Of a stretch of DNA of 64,000 nt, positions 45,466-54,060 are shown piece by piece (position 1 is the first letter of the stretch; each line of letters starts with the position of its first letter). Location of the stretch: the NCBI GenBank assembly GCA_003130835.1, contig QEXX01000004.1:3826-67825 (forward strand). The letters run 5' to 3'. A model generated the notes under the pieces. It saw nothing but the letters and a program-made list of their open reading frames with translations. It did no database searches and was not told the origin of the DNA. Source of the stretch: Anaerolineae bacterium. GTDB taxonomy: Bacteria > Chloroflexota > Anaerolineae > Anaerolineales > UBA4823. A program made the position numbers and the translations under genes.

Positions 45466-46969
45466 AGTATTGATCGCAAATCGGGGTGAGATCGCCGTGC
45501 GGATCATCCGTGCCTGTCGTGAGCTGGGGATGCAAACGGTAGCAGTTTTCTCGGAGGCTGACCGTCATGCCCTCCATGTGCGTTATGCCGATGAAGCGTA
45601 TTTTATCGGTGCATCCCCCTCACGGGAATCCTATCTGCGAGGAGACCGAATTATAGACGTAGCTTTAAAATCAGGTGCCGGGGCGATTCATCCTGGATAC
45701 GGTTTTCTGGCAGAACGAGCAGATTTTGCTCAGGCAGTTTTAGATGCCGGTTTAGCGTTCATTGGTCCGAAGCCCTCTTCCATAGCCGCTATGGGCGATA
45801 AGGCTGTTGCGCGCTCTACGGTAGCCAAGGCAGGTGTTCCGGTGGTGCCCGGCACCGAGGGCGAGGGTTCTTTGCGAGATGATGATCTGTTGACAATTGC
45901 GCCGCAAATTGGGTTTCCTTTGCTCATTAAAGCCACGGCTGGCGGTGGGGGAAAGGGGATGCGGGAAGTTACCTCCATGGAAGAGATGCCGGCGCTGCTT
46001 AAGGCAGCCCGCCGTGAAGCAGAAGCTGCTTTCGGTGATGGCAATGTCTACTTAGAGAAGTTGATTGATGGTGCAAGGCATATTGAGTTCCAAATCCTTG
46101 CCGATCAAAATGGCAATGTTATCCACTTGGGGGAAAGGGAATGTTCTCTGCAGCGTCGCCATCAAAAATTGCTTGAAGAAAGCCCTTCTCCGTTTATCAG
46201 CGACGATGACGATCTGCGCCAACGAATGGGAGAGGTAGCCGTTCGAGCCGCACAAGCCGTGGGGTATGTCAATGCTGGTACGATCGAGTTCTTGGTGGAT
46301 AAAGATAAAAAATTCTATTTTTTAGAAATGAACACTCGTTTGCAAGTTGAGCATCCGGTTACCGAAATGGTGACCGGAGTGGATATTGTCAAGGAGCAGA
46401 TTCGCATTGCCCGCGGAAGACAATTGCGCTACAAACAAGAGGATATTCTGTTCAAGGGATGGTCTATTGAATGTCGCATCAATGCTGAAGATCCTTTTAA
46501 TAACTTTTTGCCTTCCACTGGCGTTATAACCCACATCGTTCCTCCAAGCGGGCCCGGAGTACGCATCGATACCGGTGTTTATCCTGGTTTTGAAATTACA
46601 CCTTATTATGACGCGCTCATTTCCAAATTAATTGTGTGGGGTGAAACGCGAGCAGAAGCGATCCTTCGTATGCGCCGCGCCTTAGAAGAATATCGCATTC
46701 TAGGCGTGCGGACGAATATCCCCTTTCATCAGCGGTTGATGGATTCGCACCGCTTTATGGCTGGCCAGTTCGATACACGTTTTGTCGAAGAGCGGTTTTC
46801 ACTCGAAAGCGCTCAAGAAAGTGTGGAAGCCTGCCCTGAGATTGCAGCAATCATTGCTGTACTGGTAGCCCACCGTCAGACGCGGCGGTCAGCTCAGTTT
46901 GTGCATCACGATCAGCGGGATGTCAGCAATTGGAAATGGTTTGGTCGTTGGGAGAGAATGAGAAAATGA
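45455..46969 (+). CDS. accC: biotin carboxylase subunit of acetyl/propionyl-CoA carboxylase (no fused BCCP)
   Basis: [33 protein letters not shown]-grasp and C-terminal BC domains. 11-nt overlap with the hydrolase gene. Confidence 0.9.
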   Translation: MFNKVLIANRGEIAVRIIRACRELGMQTVAVFSEADRHALHVRYADEAYFIGASPSRESYLRGDRIIDVALKSGAGAIHPGYGFLAERADFAQAVLDAGLAFIGPKPSSIAAMGDKAVARSTVAKAGVPVVPGTEGEGSLRDDDLLTIAPQIGFPLLIKATAGGGGKGMREVTSMEEMPALLKAARREAEAAFGDGNVYLEKLIDGARHIEFQILADQNGNVIHLGERECSLQRRHQKLLEESPSPFISDDDDLRQRMGEVAVRAAQAVGYVNAGTIEFLVDKDKKFYFLEMNTRLQVEHPVTEMVTGVDIVKEQIRIARGRQLRYKQEDILFKGWSIECRINAEDPFNNFLPSTGVITHIVPPSGPGVRIDTGVYPGFEITPYYDALISKLIVWGETRAEAILRMRRALEEYRILGVRTNIPFHQRLMDSHRFMAGQFDTRFVEERFSLESAQESVEACPEIAAIIAVLVAHRQTRRSAQFVHHDQRDVSNWKWFGRWERMRK

Positions 46970-47472
46970 TGAATATCCGATATATTGCAACCATTGATCA
47001 TCAAGACTATTTGATTGATATTATCGATGAAAGACATGTAGCCCTAAATGGCCAAGTTTGTGAGATCGATTTTGCCTCGGTGGGCGATCAGCCAATCTTT
47101 TCCTTGCTAATCGATGGCAAATCCTACGAAACCTTTGTGTACCCGCAAGAGGATGACTGGCAGGTCTTATTGTTAGGCACTCTGTATTCGGTGAGGGTTG
47201 AGGATGAGCGCGAAAAGCGACTGCGCGCGGCTGCAGGCGGCAAAGCCATGGAGCGAAGGGAGTTTCACCTAAAAGCCCCCATGCCAGGATTGATTATTGC
47301 TATCCCCGTATCTGAAGGTCAAAAAGTCAACAAAGGAGATGTTCTGGTTATCCTTGAATCCATGAAGATGCAGAATGAACTTAAATCACCCCGTGAAGGA
47401 GTCATCACTCGCCTGAGGGTCAATGTGGGTGATAGTGTGGAACAGTCTCAAACTTTGTTAAGTGTGGTCTGA
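46966..47472 (+). CDS. biotin carboxyl carrier protein-like (biotinyl/lipoyl domain)
   Basis: C-terminal biotinyl domain with the [10 protein letters not shown] biotinylation motif. ATGA overlap with accC. Confidence 0.85.
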   Translation: MMNIRYIATIDHQDYLIDIIDERHVALNGQVCEIDFASVGDQPIFSLLIDGKSYETFVYPQEDDWQVLLLGTLYSVRVEDEREKRLRAAAGGKAMERREFHLKAPMPGLIIAIPVSEGQKVNKGDVLVILESMKMQNELKSPREGVITRLRVNVGDSVEQSQTLLSVV

Positions 47473-47487
47473 AAAGGAAGCTTTCAA

Positions 47488-48099
47488 ATGAAGGACCGAG
47501 AGATTGAAGCAAAATTTTTGGTAAAGGATTTGGGTTTAATTGAAGCCAAATTGAAGGCTATGGGAGCGAGTCTGCTACAGCCTAGAACCTTCGAACAAAA
47601 CTTGCGCTTCGACAATGCGGCGCGACAGTTGTCCCAAAGCGGACAAGTTTTGCGCTTGAGGAAGGATGTTCACAATGTGCTGACCTATAAAGGCATGAGT
47701 ACGGATGATGGCGGGGCGCGGTCACGCATTGAAATACAGACCCAAGTGGAAGATTTCGAGACGACACGGCAGCTTTTAGAGGCGTTGGGATATTCAGTGG
47801 TCATGACCTATGAGAAATATCGCAGTGAGTATGCCTGGGAAGGAGGAAGGATCTCCTTAGATGAGATGCCCTATGGGCTTTTTGTGGAGATTGAAGCCGA
47901 AAGTTCGGAACAGATTCGCAAAATTTGCCAATCGTTGAACCTCAATTGGCAAAAGCGGGTCTTTTATAGTTATGTTGAACTGTTTTCGCTAATTAAGCAA
48001 AACGATCAACTTGCAGCCGACGACTTATCTTTTGAGGTTTTCAAAGATTGGCGGGGAAATCTTGCCGCTTATGGTATCTTTCCTGCTGATGAGGAATAG
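47488..48099 (+). CDS. CYTH domain protein (class IV adenylate cyclase / triphosphatase family)
   Basis: N-terminal EIEAKFLV (ExExK signature), 203 aa, and later acidic/basic strands (LRLRKD, SRIEIQTQV, LFVEIEAE). Confidence 0.75.
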   Translation: MKDREIEAKFLVKDLGLIEAKLKAMGASLLQPRTFEQNLRFDNAARQLSQSGQVLRLRKDVHNVLTYKGMSTDDGGARSRIEIQTQVEDFETTRQLLEALGYSVVMTYEKYRSEYAWEGGRISLDEMPYGLFVEIEAESSEQIRKICQSLNLNWQKRVFYSYVELFSLIKQNDQLAADDLSFEVFKDWRGNLAAYGIFPADEE

Positions 48100-48125
48100 A
48101 CTAGGATTATGTAAGAAGGAAATCG

Positions 48126-48701
48126 ATGAACACCCACCCAAAACCATTCAATGCCATTTTTCGCGAGCAATATGCTCAAAATGATCAGTGGATCGAGGCG
48201 TTTCTACACAACTCTCAAATCGGTCACGTTGCTACCCGCTGGGAAAATCAACCCTTCCTCACCCCGGTTTTATTTTGGTATGAGCCACAGAGACGGCGCA
48301 TCTACTTCCATACCAACCTATATGGCCGTCTGCGTACGAACAGCGAACGTTTTCCTGAGGTGTGCTTTGAAACCTCTGAAATGGGAAAATTGTTGCCATC
48401 GAATATCGCGTTTGAATTCAGTGTCCAATATGCCAGCGTGGTAGCTTTTGGAAAAATCAGAATTATCGAAGACGCTGAAGAGAAAGAGCTTGGACTGATG
48501 GGATTATTGCAGAAATATTTTCCCGACCTCAAAGCCGGGGTGGACTATCGGCCGATCACTCAAGATGAGTTGGATCAGACAGCCGTTTTTTGTATCGAGA
48601 TTGAGCAATGGAGCGGAAAGAAAAATTGGAAAGAAGAAATACATCAAGACGAAAGCTGGTCTCTGCTAGATCAGGCGGTTTTAAGAAAATACGGGTTTTG
48701 A
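48126..48701 (+). CDS. pyridoxamine 5'-phosphate oxidase-like (split-barrel flavin-binding) family protein
   Basis: Pattern GHVATRWENQPFLTPVLFWYEP..RRIYFHTNLYGRLRTN resembles the PNPOx-like family. Recognised by eye only. Confidence 0.55.
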   Translation: MNTHPKPFNAIFREQYAQNDQWIEAFLHNSQIGHVATRWENQPFLTPVLFWYEPQRRRIYFHTNLYGRLRTNSERFPEVCFETSEMGKLLPSNIAFEFSVQYASVVAFGKIRIIEDAEEKELGLMGLLQKYFPDLKAGVDYRPITQDELDQTAVFCIEIEQWSGKKNWKEEIHQDESWSLLDQAVLRKYGF

Positions 48702-48702
48702 C

Positions 48703-49560
48703 TTAAGCTACATCGATCAAGCGAGATTTTTGCCAACGCACCCGATAAATCGTAGGTGAAAGAAAGCCGATTCGTTCAAGGAATTTTCTAAGGGGATCAA
48801 GCCGACCACTGGTTGCAAATAGAAGGTTTCCCGGCAGATTGGAATCCCGCAGAAGATTGCGCTGCGCTAATAGGCGATGGGTTTGTCGTGCCACAGCAGG
48901 GGCTGGATCGATGACGCGCACCTGATCACCCACAATGGCTTGAATAAGCGGAATCACAAAAGGGTAATGGGTGCATCCCAATACAACCGTATCAATGTTT
49001 GACTTCAACATCGGAAGCAGGGCGTCTTCGAGAATTTTTCGGCTCACTGGGCTATCGAAGTCCCCTTGTTCGATCTGTTGCACTAAGCCTGGACAAGTAT
49101 GTTGATAAACGGTCACACCTTGAGCAAAGCGCTCGATCACAGAAGCGTAAAGCTCACCTTGAAAGGTTGCTGGGGTTGCCAACACACCCACTACCCCGCT
49201 CTGGGTTGATTCTGCAGCCGGTTTGACAGCCGGTTCCATGCCCACAAAGGGGATTTTTGGATAAGTTTGGCGAAGGGATTTCAACGCGGCTGCAGAAGCT
49301 GTGTTGCAGGCTAACACGATGATTTTGACGCCTTTTGAGAGTAAATATTGGGTGATCCCAAATGCAAACTGGCGTACTTCCTCGAGCGGTCGGCGTCCAT
49401 ACGGGACATGGGCTTGATCGGCGATATAGAGAACATCTTCGTAGGGGAGTTGGGTTACAATTTCCCTTAAAACACTCAAGCCCCCTACGCCAGAATCGAA
49501 AACTCCAATCGGCCCGCAGGGGGTAGGATCGTAGCTGGATTCGGCAGTAGCCGCTGGCAA
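48703..49560 (-). CDS. murI: glutamate racemase
   Basis: VFDSGVGGLSVL, LACNTASA and LGCTHYP catalytic Cys motifs. Confidence 0.9.
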   Translation of the reverse strand: MPAATAESSYDPTPCGPIGVFDSGVGGLSVLREIVTQLPYEDVLYIADQAHVPYGRRPLEEVRQFAFGITQYLLSKGVKIIVLACNTASAAALKSLRQTYPKIPFVGMEPAVKPAAESTQSGVVGVLATPATFQGELYASVIERFAQGVTVYQHTCPGLVQQIEQGDFDSPVSRKILEDALLPMLKSNIDTVVLGCTHYPFVIPLIQAIVGDQVRVIDPAPAVARQTHRLLAQRNLLRDSNLPGNLLFATSGRLDPLRKFLERIGFLSPTIYRVRWQKSRLIDVA

Positions 49561-49562
49561 TT

Positions 49563-49913
49563 TTACGTGGTGAACTTGGTTTTTAGGCGCGAACTCTTCC
49601 CTGTTCGCCCGCGCAGGAAGTAGAGTTGAGCGCGGCGCACATGAGCATGCCGCTCAACAATCACCTTTTCGAGACGCGGGGACTTTAGAAGAAATGTTCT
49701 TTCGACGCCAATGCCGTTGCTGGCAATGCGCCGCACGGTGAAATTGGCATTGTTGCCGCCTTTGCTCATGCGGATCACCGTGCCGCGGAATTCCTGAGTT
49801 CGCTCTGAGTTCCCTTCTTTTATGCGAATAAAGACTCTGACCGAATCCCCAGGTCTTAATTCAGGGATATTTTCATTAACTGGTGCTTCAACAGCTTCTA
49901 AGTAATCGTTCAT
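49563..49913 (-). CDS. rplS: 50S ribosomal protein L19
   Basis: RPGDSVRVFIRIKEGNSERTQEFRGTVI...FTVRRIASNGIGVERTFLLKSPRLEKVIV, 116 aa. Confidence 0.92.
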   Translation of the reverse strand: MNDYLEAVEAPVNENIPELRPGDSVRVFIRIKEGNSERTQEFRGTVIRMSKGGNNANFTVRRIASNGIGVERTFLLKSPRLEKVIVERHAHVRRAQLYFLRGRTGKSSRLKTKFTT

Positions 49914-49964
49914 AAGGCAATCCTTGCGATTGGGTTATTTTGATAATAGCAAACGCGAAAGAAA

Positions 49965-49973
49965 ATTATATCA
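49965..49973 (-). promoter_or_regulatory. extended -10 promoter element for rplS-murI
   Basis: Minus strand reads TGATATAAT (TGnTATAAT) about 50 nt upstream of the rplS ATG. Confidence 0.45.
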
Positions 49974-50028
49974 TGATTTAATGAGGTGCTCTTAGAAATT
50001 TAAGATCAAAAAATCTTTGGGAATCGAC

Positions 50029-50055
50029 TTGCAATTTGAAACTCTGTGGTAAAAT
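50029..50055 (+). promoter_or_regulatory. candidate promoter for tRNA-Glu
   Basis: TTGCAA (50029-50034), a 15-nt spacer ending in TGG, then TAAAAT (50050-50055), 10 nt before the tRNA 5' end. The spacer is short, so confidence is modest. Confidence 0.4.
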
Positions 50056-50065
50056 ATCGGCGTTT

Positions 50066-50138
50066 GCCCCCATCGTCTAGGGGACCAGGACGCAGCCCTT
50101 TCAAGGCTAAAACGGGGGTTCGAATCCCCCTGGGGGCA
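50066..50138 (+). tRNA. tRNA-Glu (anticodon UUC)
   Basis: Cloverleaf by eye: acceptor GCCCCCA/TGGGGGC, D-arm GTCTAGGGGACCAGGAC, anticodon loop CTTTCAA (TTC), T-arm GGGGG-TTCGAAT-CCCCC. Closely parallels E. coli tRNA-Glu. No encoded CCA. Confidence 0.9.
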
Positions 50139-50144
50139 TTTACT

Positions 50145-50179
50145 TCCCCTCAACCATTAGGTTGAGGGGAAATTTTTTG
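50145..50179 (+). terminator. Rho-independent terminator after tRNA-Glu
   Basis: TCCCCTCAACC / GGTTGAGGGGA 11-bp stem with an ATTA loop, followed by AAATTTTTT. Confidence 0.8.
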
Positions 50180-50246
50180 AACTTACAAAGGTGTAAGCCC
50201 ATTCTCTATTCCGAAAAATGAATACCTAATTAAAATTGGGGGCAAG

Positions 50247-50954
50247 ATGAACCGCGATGACTTTGCAACTCTGGCTGAATCTTTCGAACAGCTTCCCACA
50301 CAAGAGATCATAAGCTGGGCATTTAGAGAATATTCTCCCGATTTGGTCATGTCGACTGCCTTTAATCCTGGTGGAATAGTCTTAATGCATCTCCTAAAGC
50401 AACAGGGTTATGAACTGCCTGTTTTTTATATTGATACAGGGCTGCTCTTTCCAGAAGTGCATCAACTGCGGGTTACCTTAGAACAGACTTTCGGTATTCG
50501 CTTTGAGCGAGTCTTGCCTGCGCTTAGCCTAGAAGAGCAAGCGAAACGCTTCGGTGAACGCTTATGGGAGCGGGATGCAGACACTTGTTGTTGGCTGCGA
50601 AAAGTGCTTCCCCTTCAACATTACCTACGGGGAAAGCGGGCATGGCTGACTGCCATTCGAGCGGAGCAAACCGAAACGCGTGCTAAAGCGAAGCTGATTG
50701 AGTGGGATGAACGATACCAAGTGGTGAAGGTCAACCCCTTGCTAAGATGGAGTGAGGATCAAATTTGGGACTACATTGAACGCCACCGTCTACCTTATAA
50801 TCCACTACACACTCAGGGATACCCTAGTGTAGGTTGTACCCCCTGTACGTCGGCGATTAAGAACGGTGAGCATTTGCGAGCTGGGCGCTGGAGAGGCAAA
50901 GCTAAGGTGGAATGTGGTATTCATGTCCCGATATGGCAAAAAACCTTCTCGTAA
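50247..50954 (+). CDS. cysH: adenosine 5'-phosphosulfate (APS)/PAPS reductase, Fe-S-type CysH
   Basis: PAPS_reduct fold and a C-terminal ECGIH motif. The Cys pairs CCWLRKVLPL and GCTPCT are characteristic of Fe-S-containing assimilatory APS reductases. Confidence 0.85.
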   Translation: MNRDDFATLAESFEQLPTQEIISWAFREYSPDLVMSTAFNPGGIVLMHLLKQQGYELPVFYIDTGLLFPEVHQLRVTLEQTFGIRFERVLPALSLEEQAKRFGERLWERDADTCCWLRKVLPLQHYLRGKRAWLTAIRAEQTETRAKAKLIEWDERYQVVKVNPLLRWSEDQIWDYIERHRLPYNPLHTQGYPSVGCTPCTSAIKNGEHLRAGRWRGKAKVECGIHVPIWQKTFS

Positions 50955-50956
50955 AT

Positions 50957-52445
50957 TTATCGGGTAACGAGGGGAAGATAGAGGAGTGTTTGGGGGGATA
51001 AGGCTGCGTTGAGTAATCGATAGATGGCGGTATTGTCAATGTATTCCCCGCGGACTGGATCCACCCCTGTCACCAGAAGGGAGTACGACAGGGGTACTCT
51101 GCCATGAAAATATACTGGAACCAAGCTATTGGTGTGATAGGTGCTGTTCCATGCCCAATAAACGGTCTCGCCCAGGTCAATCTCTGAGTTTTCGTTAGTA
51201 TCTTCCCAGCTTGCCCGCAGACAGGTGGTCAGACAGCCTTTTTCAAGTTGAAGGGTACGAGGGGAAACTTCACCAAGTGGATGGTCTGGATACACCCCTG
51301 GAGCTTGGGTTAAGTAACCCGTTTCGTGGTCAGCGGTGACGACGATGAGGGTATTTTCCCATGTTGCGGGAGATTGCGCATCTTCAACCCATTCAACCGC
51401 AGCTTGAATGGCTTCGTTGAAATCAATCACTTCACCGATCACTTGATCGAGGTTATTATGATGAGAGGCAAAATCAATTGCACCGCCTTCGACCAATAAG
51501 ACAAAACCCTTAGGATTTTGGTTGAGAAGGTTAATCGCTGCCATGGTCATTTGAGCCAAGGAGGGGTTTTCGGGATTCGCACCTGAACCGTCAGCGAGGC
51601 GATATTCAAGATTCCCTGTTTCTCCACCGAAGAGCCCGACGAGTTTCTTGGTCATCGAGTCCGTTGAAAGCGATAACAGGCGCAACCCGCCGTCGGGACT
51701 GCCTGCGATCCGTTCAATAAAACGAGGCTTATCCGTTTGGTCGCTTTCGGACCTAAGTTTTTGAACGATCGACTCATCCACATAAGGGTTATTAAGATAC
51801 CAAGCTGGGTGACCACCTCCGATGAGCACATCGATCGGTGGAAGCGTGTTGCCATGTCCCCCGCCGTAATAGGGTAAGTTTGCATCGCCAGTCGTGTTTG
51901 GATCACCCCAGATGCCTTCGTTGGCAATGGCGTAACCATTTTGACGTGAGTCGTTATGAGCCATCCATGCCCCAGGTGTTGCGTGCGAGATTGGCACACT
52001 GGTGACAGCCCCAACCGCCAGCCCGACCTGATGGGCTTGTTCAGAGATTGTTTCATAGCGCATTGAGCCATCTGGGCTAATATTAATCCGACCATTTGAG
52101 GTTTTTTTGCCACTGAACATTGCTGTTTGCAGCCGCCGCGCTATCGGTTATGGCGTTTTGACGCACCCAATCAAATTCGCTCCATGCCCTGTTAGGGTCG
52201 TAAATTCCTCCTTCTGGATAGGTTGATACCCATCCCTGATACCAACTCTGATTCTGATACGGGGGAGGTTTATGGGTGTATTGTTGGGTTGCTAAAAGGT
52301 GGTTTTCTCCCATTCCATCGCCAATAAATAGAATGACATAGCGTGGTGGGGAAAGAATGCCATCTATGGTGGCCGTTCTCTGTTGACTAGGCATAAGCCA
52401 GGCGATGATAAAGGGTAAAACTAGTAAGAAAAGCAAGATGTTCAT
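50957..52445 (-). pseudogene. alkaline phosphatase (PhoA family) interrupted by a +1 frameshift
   Basis: The N-terminal ORF (52083-52445) has a signal peptide, DGMG and ITDSAAAA (nucleophile Ser). The reading continues in another frame (50957-52120) with TAMFSGKKT, DFASHHNN, TADHETG and HTNSLVP. The frames switch around 52121-52133 (GCAAACAGC on the minus strand). Confidence 0.75.
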
Positions 52446-52791
52446 CTTCTGTTTGAGTCTGCTATTTTACCCTGAAGGGGTAAAATTTGTTTGATTCAAG
52501 ACGAATTCTAATAGGAATTATTCTCCCAAACTGGAGATTGGGTTTGAAGTTGAGATTTTGGTCGAATACTTTGGTTTGGATGAGCTTATCAAGCGTGCCT
52601 ATTTCATCTCAGTCAAAATTTGTCCCTTTGAGATTACGCTCAGAAAGCAATTAATCTATGGTTGATTTCGGTGTTAATCTTTTTCTCATCAAATATTTAC
52701 AAATTTCTTAAGAGCGTTGTTTATACTATCAGAAAGTTCGCGCTTGCGAAGCCAACAACTTTCTAGCCAAATGGTAGTAAGGATGGTGCTT

Positions 52792-53997
52792 ATGATGAGA
52801 AAGAAAGGTCTCAATCAGGCTTTGATTGCCCTGTTTGCTCTGTTTATATTCACTTTAGGATGTACGGTGTCCTTGCCCCTTAATATTTCTGTCCCTGAAG
52901 TCGTGAATTCCCCTCAAACAGTGCAAGAGGAACCCCAAACAGCAGCTCAGTCTCAGGCGCTACCCACGCCAACTCCGTTTCAACTGCCGCCCCAAATTCA
53001 GGATGAACAAGCCTTGTTGGTTGCTCTCTATGCGCGTGCCAATCCAGCGGTTGTGAACATCACTGAATACTCCAATCAAGGTGGGCAGGTGATGCCCTTA
53101 GGACAGGGTTCGGGGTTTGTGTATGATGGTCTCGGGCATATTGTGACCAACGCGCATGTTATTCACGGATCCGACCAGATTGAGGTGACTTTTTGGGATG
53201 GGACAATTGAATTGGCAGAATTGGTTGGTGAGGATTTGCATTCCGATTTGGCAGTTTTAAAAGTCCAAAAGATGCCTGAAGGGGTTATTCCCTTGCCCTT
53301 AGGGAATATGGAAAGCCTAGCTGTTGGGCAGACCGTTGTGGCGATCGGAAATCCGTTTGGACTAGAAGGTACGTTAACCAAAGGTGTGATTAGCGCTTTG
53401 GGACGTTCGATCCCAGCCTTAACTTCGTTTAGCATTCCTCAAGCTATTCAGACCGATGCGGCGATCAATCCCGGTAATTCTGGTGGCCCTTTATTGAATC
53501 TACAAGGGGAAGTGATCGGCGTGAACGCTCAAATTGAAACCGGCGGCACAAGCCGAACCAATAGCGGAGTGGGTTTTGCAATTCCGGTTAGCATTCTCAA
53601 GATTGTCATTCCGGATCTGATTGAGAAAGGAAAGCACGATTGGGCTTGGTTGGGTGTGCGTGGGGGTAGCTTGTCTCCCCTTGTACGCGAAGCTATGAAG
53701 TTAAAGGTAAATAAAGGTGCCTATATTGCTGAAGTGGTTGCAGGTGGACCTTCTGCGAAAGCCGGTTTGCGTGGCTCTACGGACACCGTTACTGTGCGCG
53801 GCCGCGAGGTTGAAATCGGTGGCGATGTAGTGATTGCCATTAATGGGGAACCAGTACGATCCTTTGATGACCTTCTGATCTACATAACCCTAAAAGGGAA
53901 ACCCGGCGATACGGTTGAATTGACGATCATCCGCAATAATCAAGAGCTCACCATTAATGTGAAGCTGGAAGCGCGCCCGGCCTCCCTTGAACCCTAA
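52792..53997 (+). CDS. HtrA/DegP family serine protease with one PDZ domain
   Basis: Catalytic triad contexts TNAHVI, DLAVLK and GNSGGPL, a PDZ region (GAYIAEVVAGGPSAKAGL) and an N-terminal signal/anchor. The start is uncertain (52771-52795); I chose 52792 for the spacing of the AAGGATGG SD. Confidence 0.88.
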   Translation: MMRKKGLNQALIALFALFIFTLGCTVSLPLNISVPEVVNSPQTVQEEPQTAAQSQALPTPTPFQLPPQIQDEQALLVALYARANPAVVNITEYSNQGGQVMPLGQGSGFVYDGLGHIVTNAHVIHGSDQIEVTFWDGTIELAELVGEDLHSDLAVLKVQKMPEGVIPLPLGNMESLAVGQTVVAIGNPFGLEGTLTKGVISALGRSIPALTSFSIPQAIQTDAAINPGNSGGPLLNLQGEVIGVNAQIETGGTSRTNSGVGFAIPVSILKIVIPDLIEKGKHDWAWLGVRGGSLSPLVREAMKLKVNKGAYIAEVVAGGPSAKAGLRGSTDTVTVRGREVEIGGDVVIAINGEPVRSFDDLLIYITLKGKPGDTVELTIIRNNQELTINVKLEARPASLEP

Positions 53998-54014
53998 ATC
54001 CAAAATCAGCTTGT

Positions 54015-54058
54015 AAAAATCGACTCTGGTGGTGACTCTCCATCAGAGTCGATTTTTG
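54015..54058. terminator. bidirectional Rho-independent terminator between convergent htrA-like and purH genes
   Basis: AAAAATCGACTCTG...CAGAGTCGATTTTT: a 10-bp core stem (54019-54028 / 54044-54053) extendable by GTGG/CCAT, flanked by an A-run and a T-run. Confidence 0.8.
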
Positions 54059-54060
54059 TA

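Noticed and set aside
50066-50246. tRNA-Glu as a possible integration hotspot or genomic-island border
   Set aside because: There is no integrase, no repeat of the tRNA 3' end nearby, and the flanking genes are ordinary (rplS, cysH).
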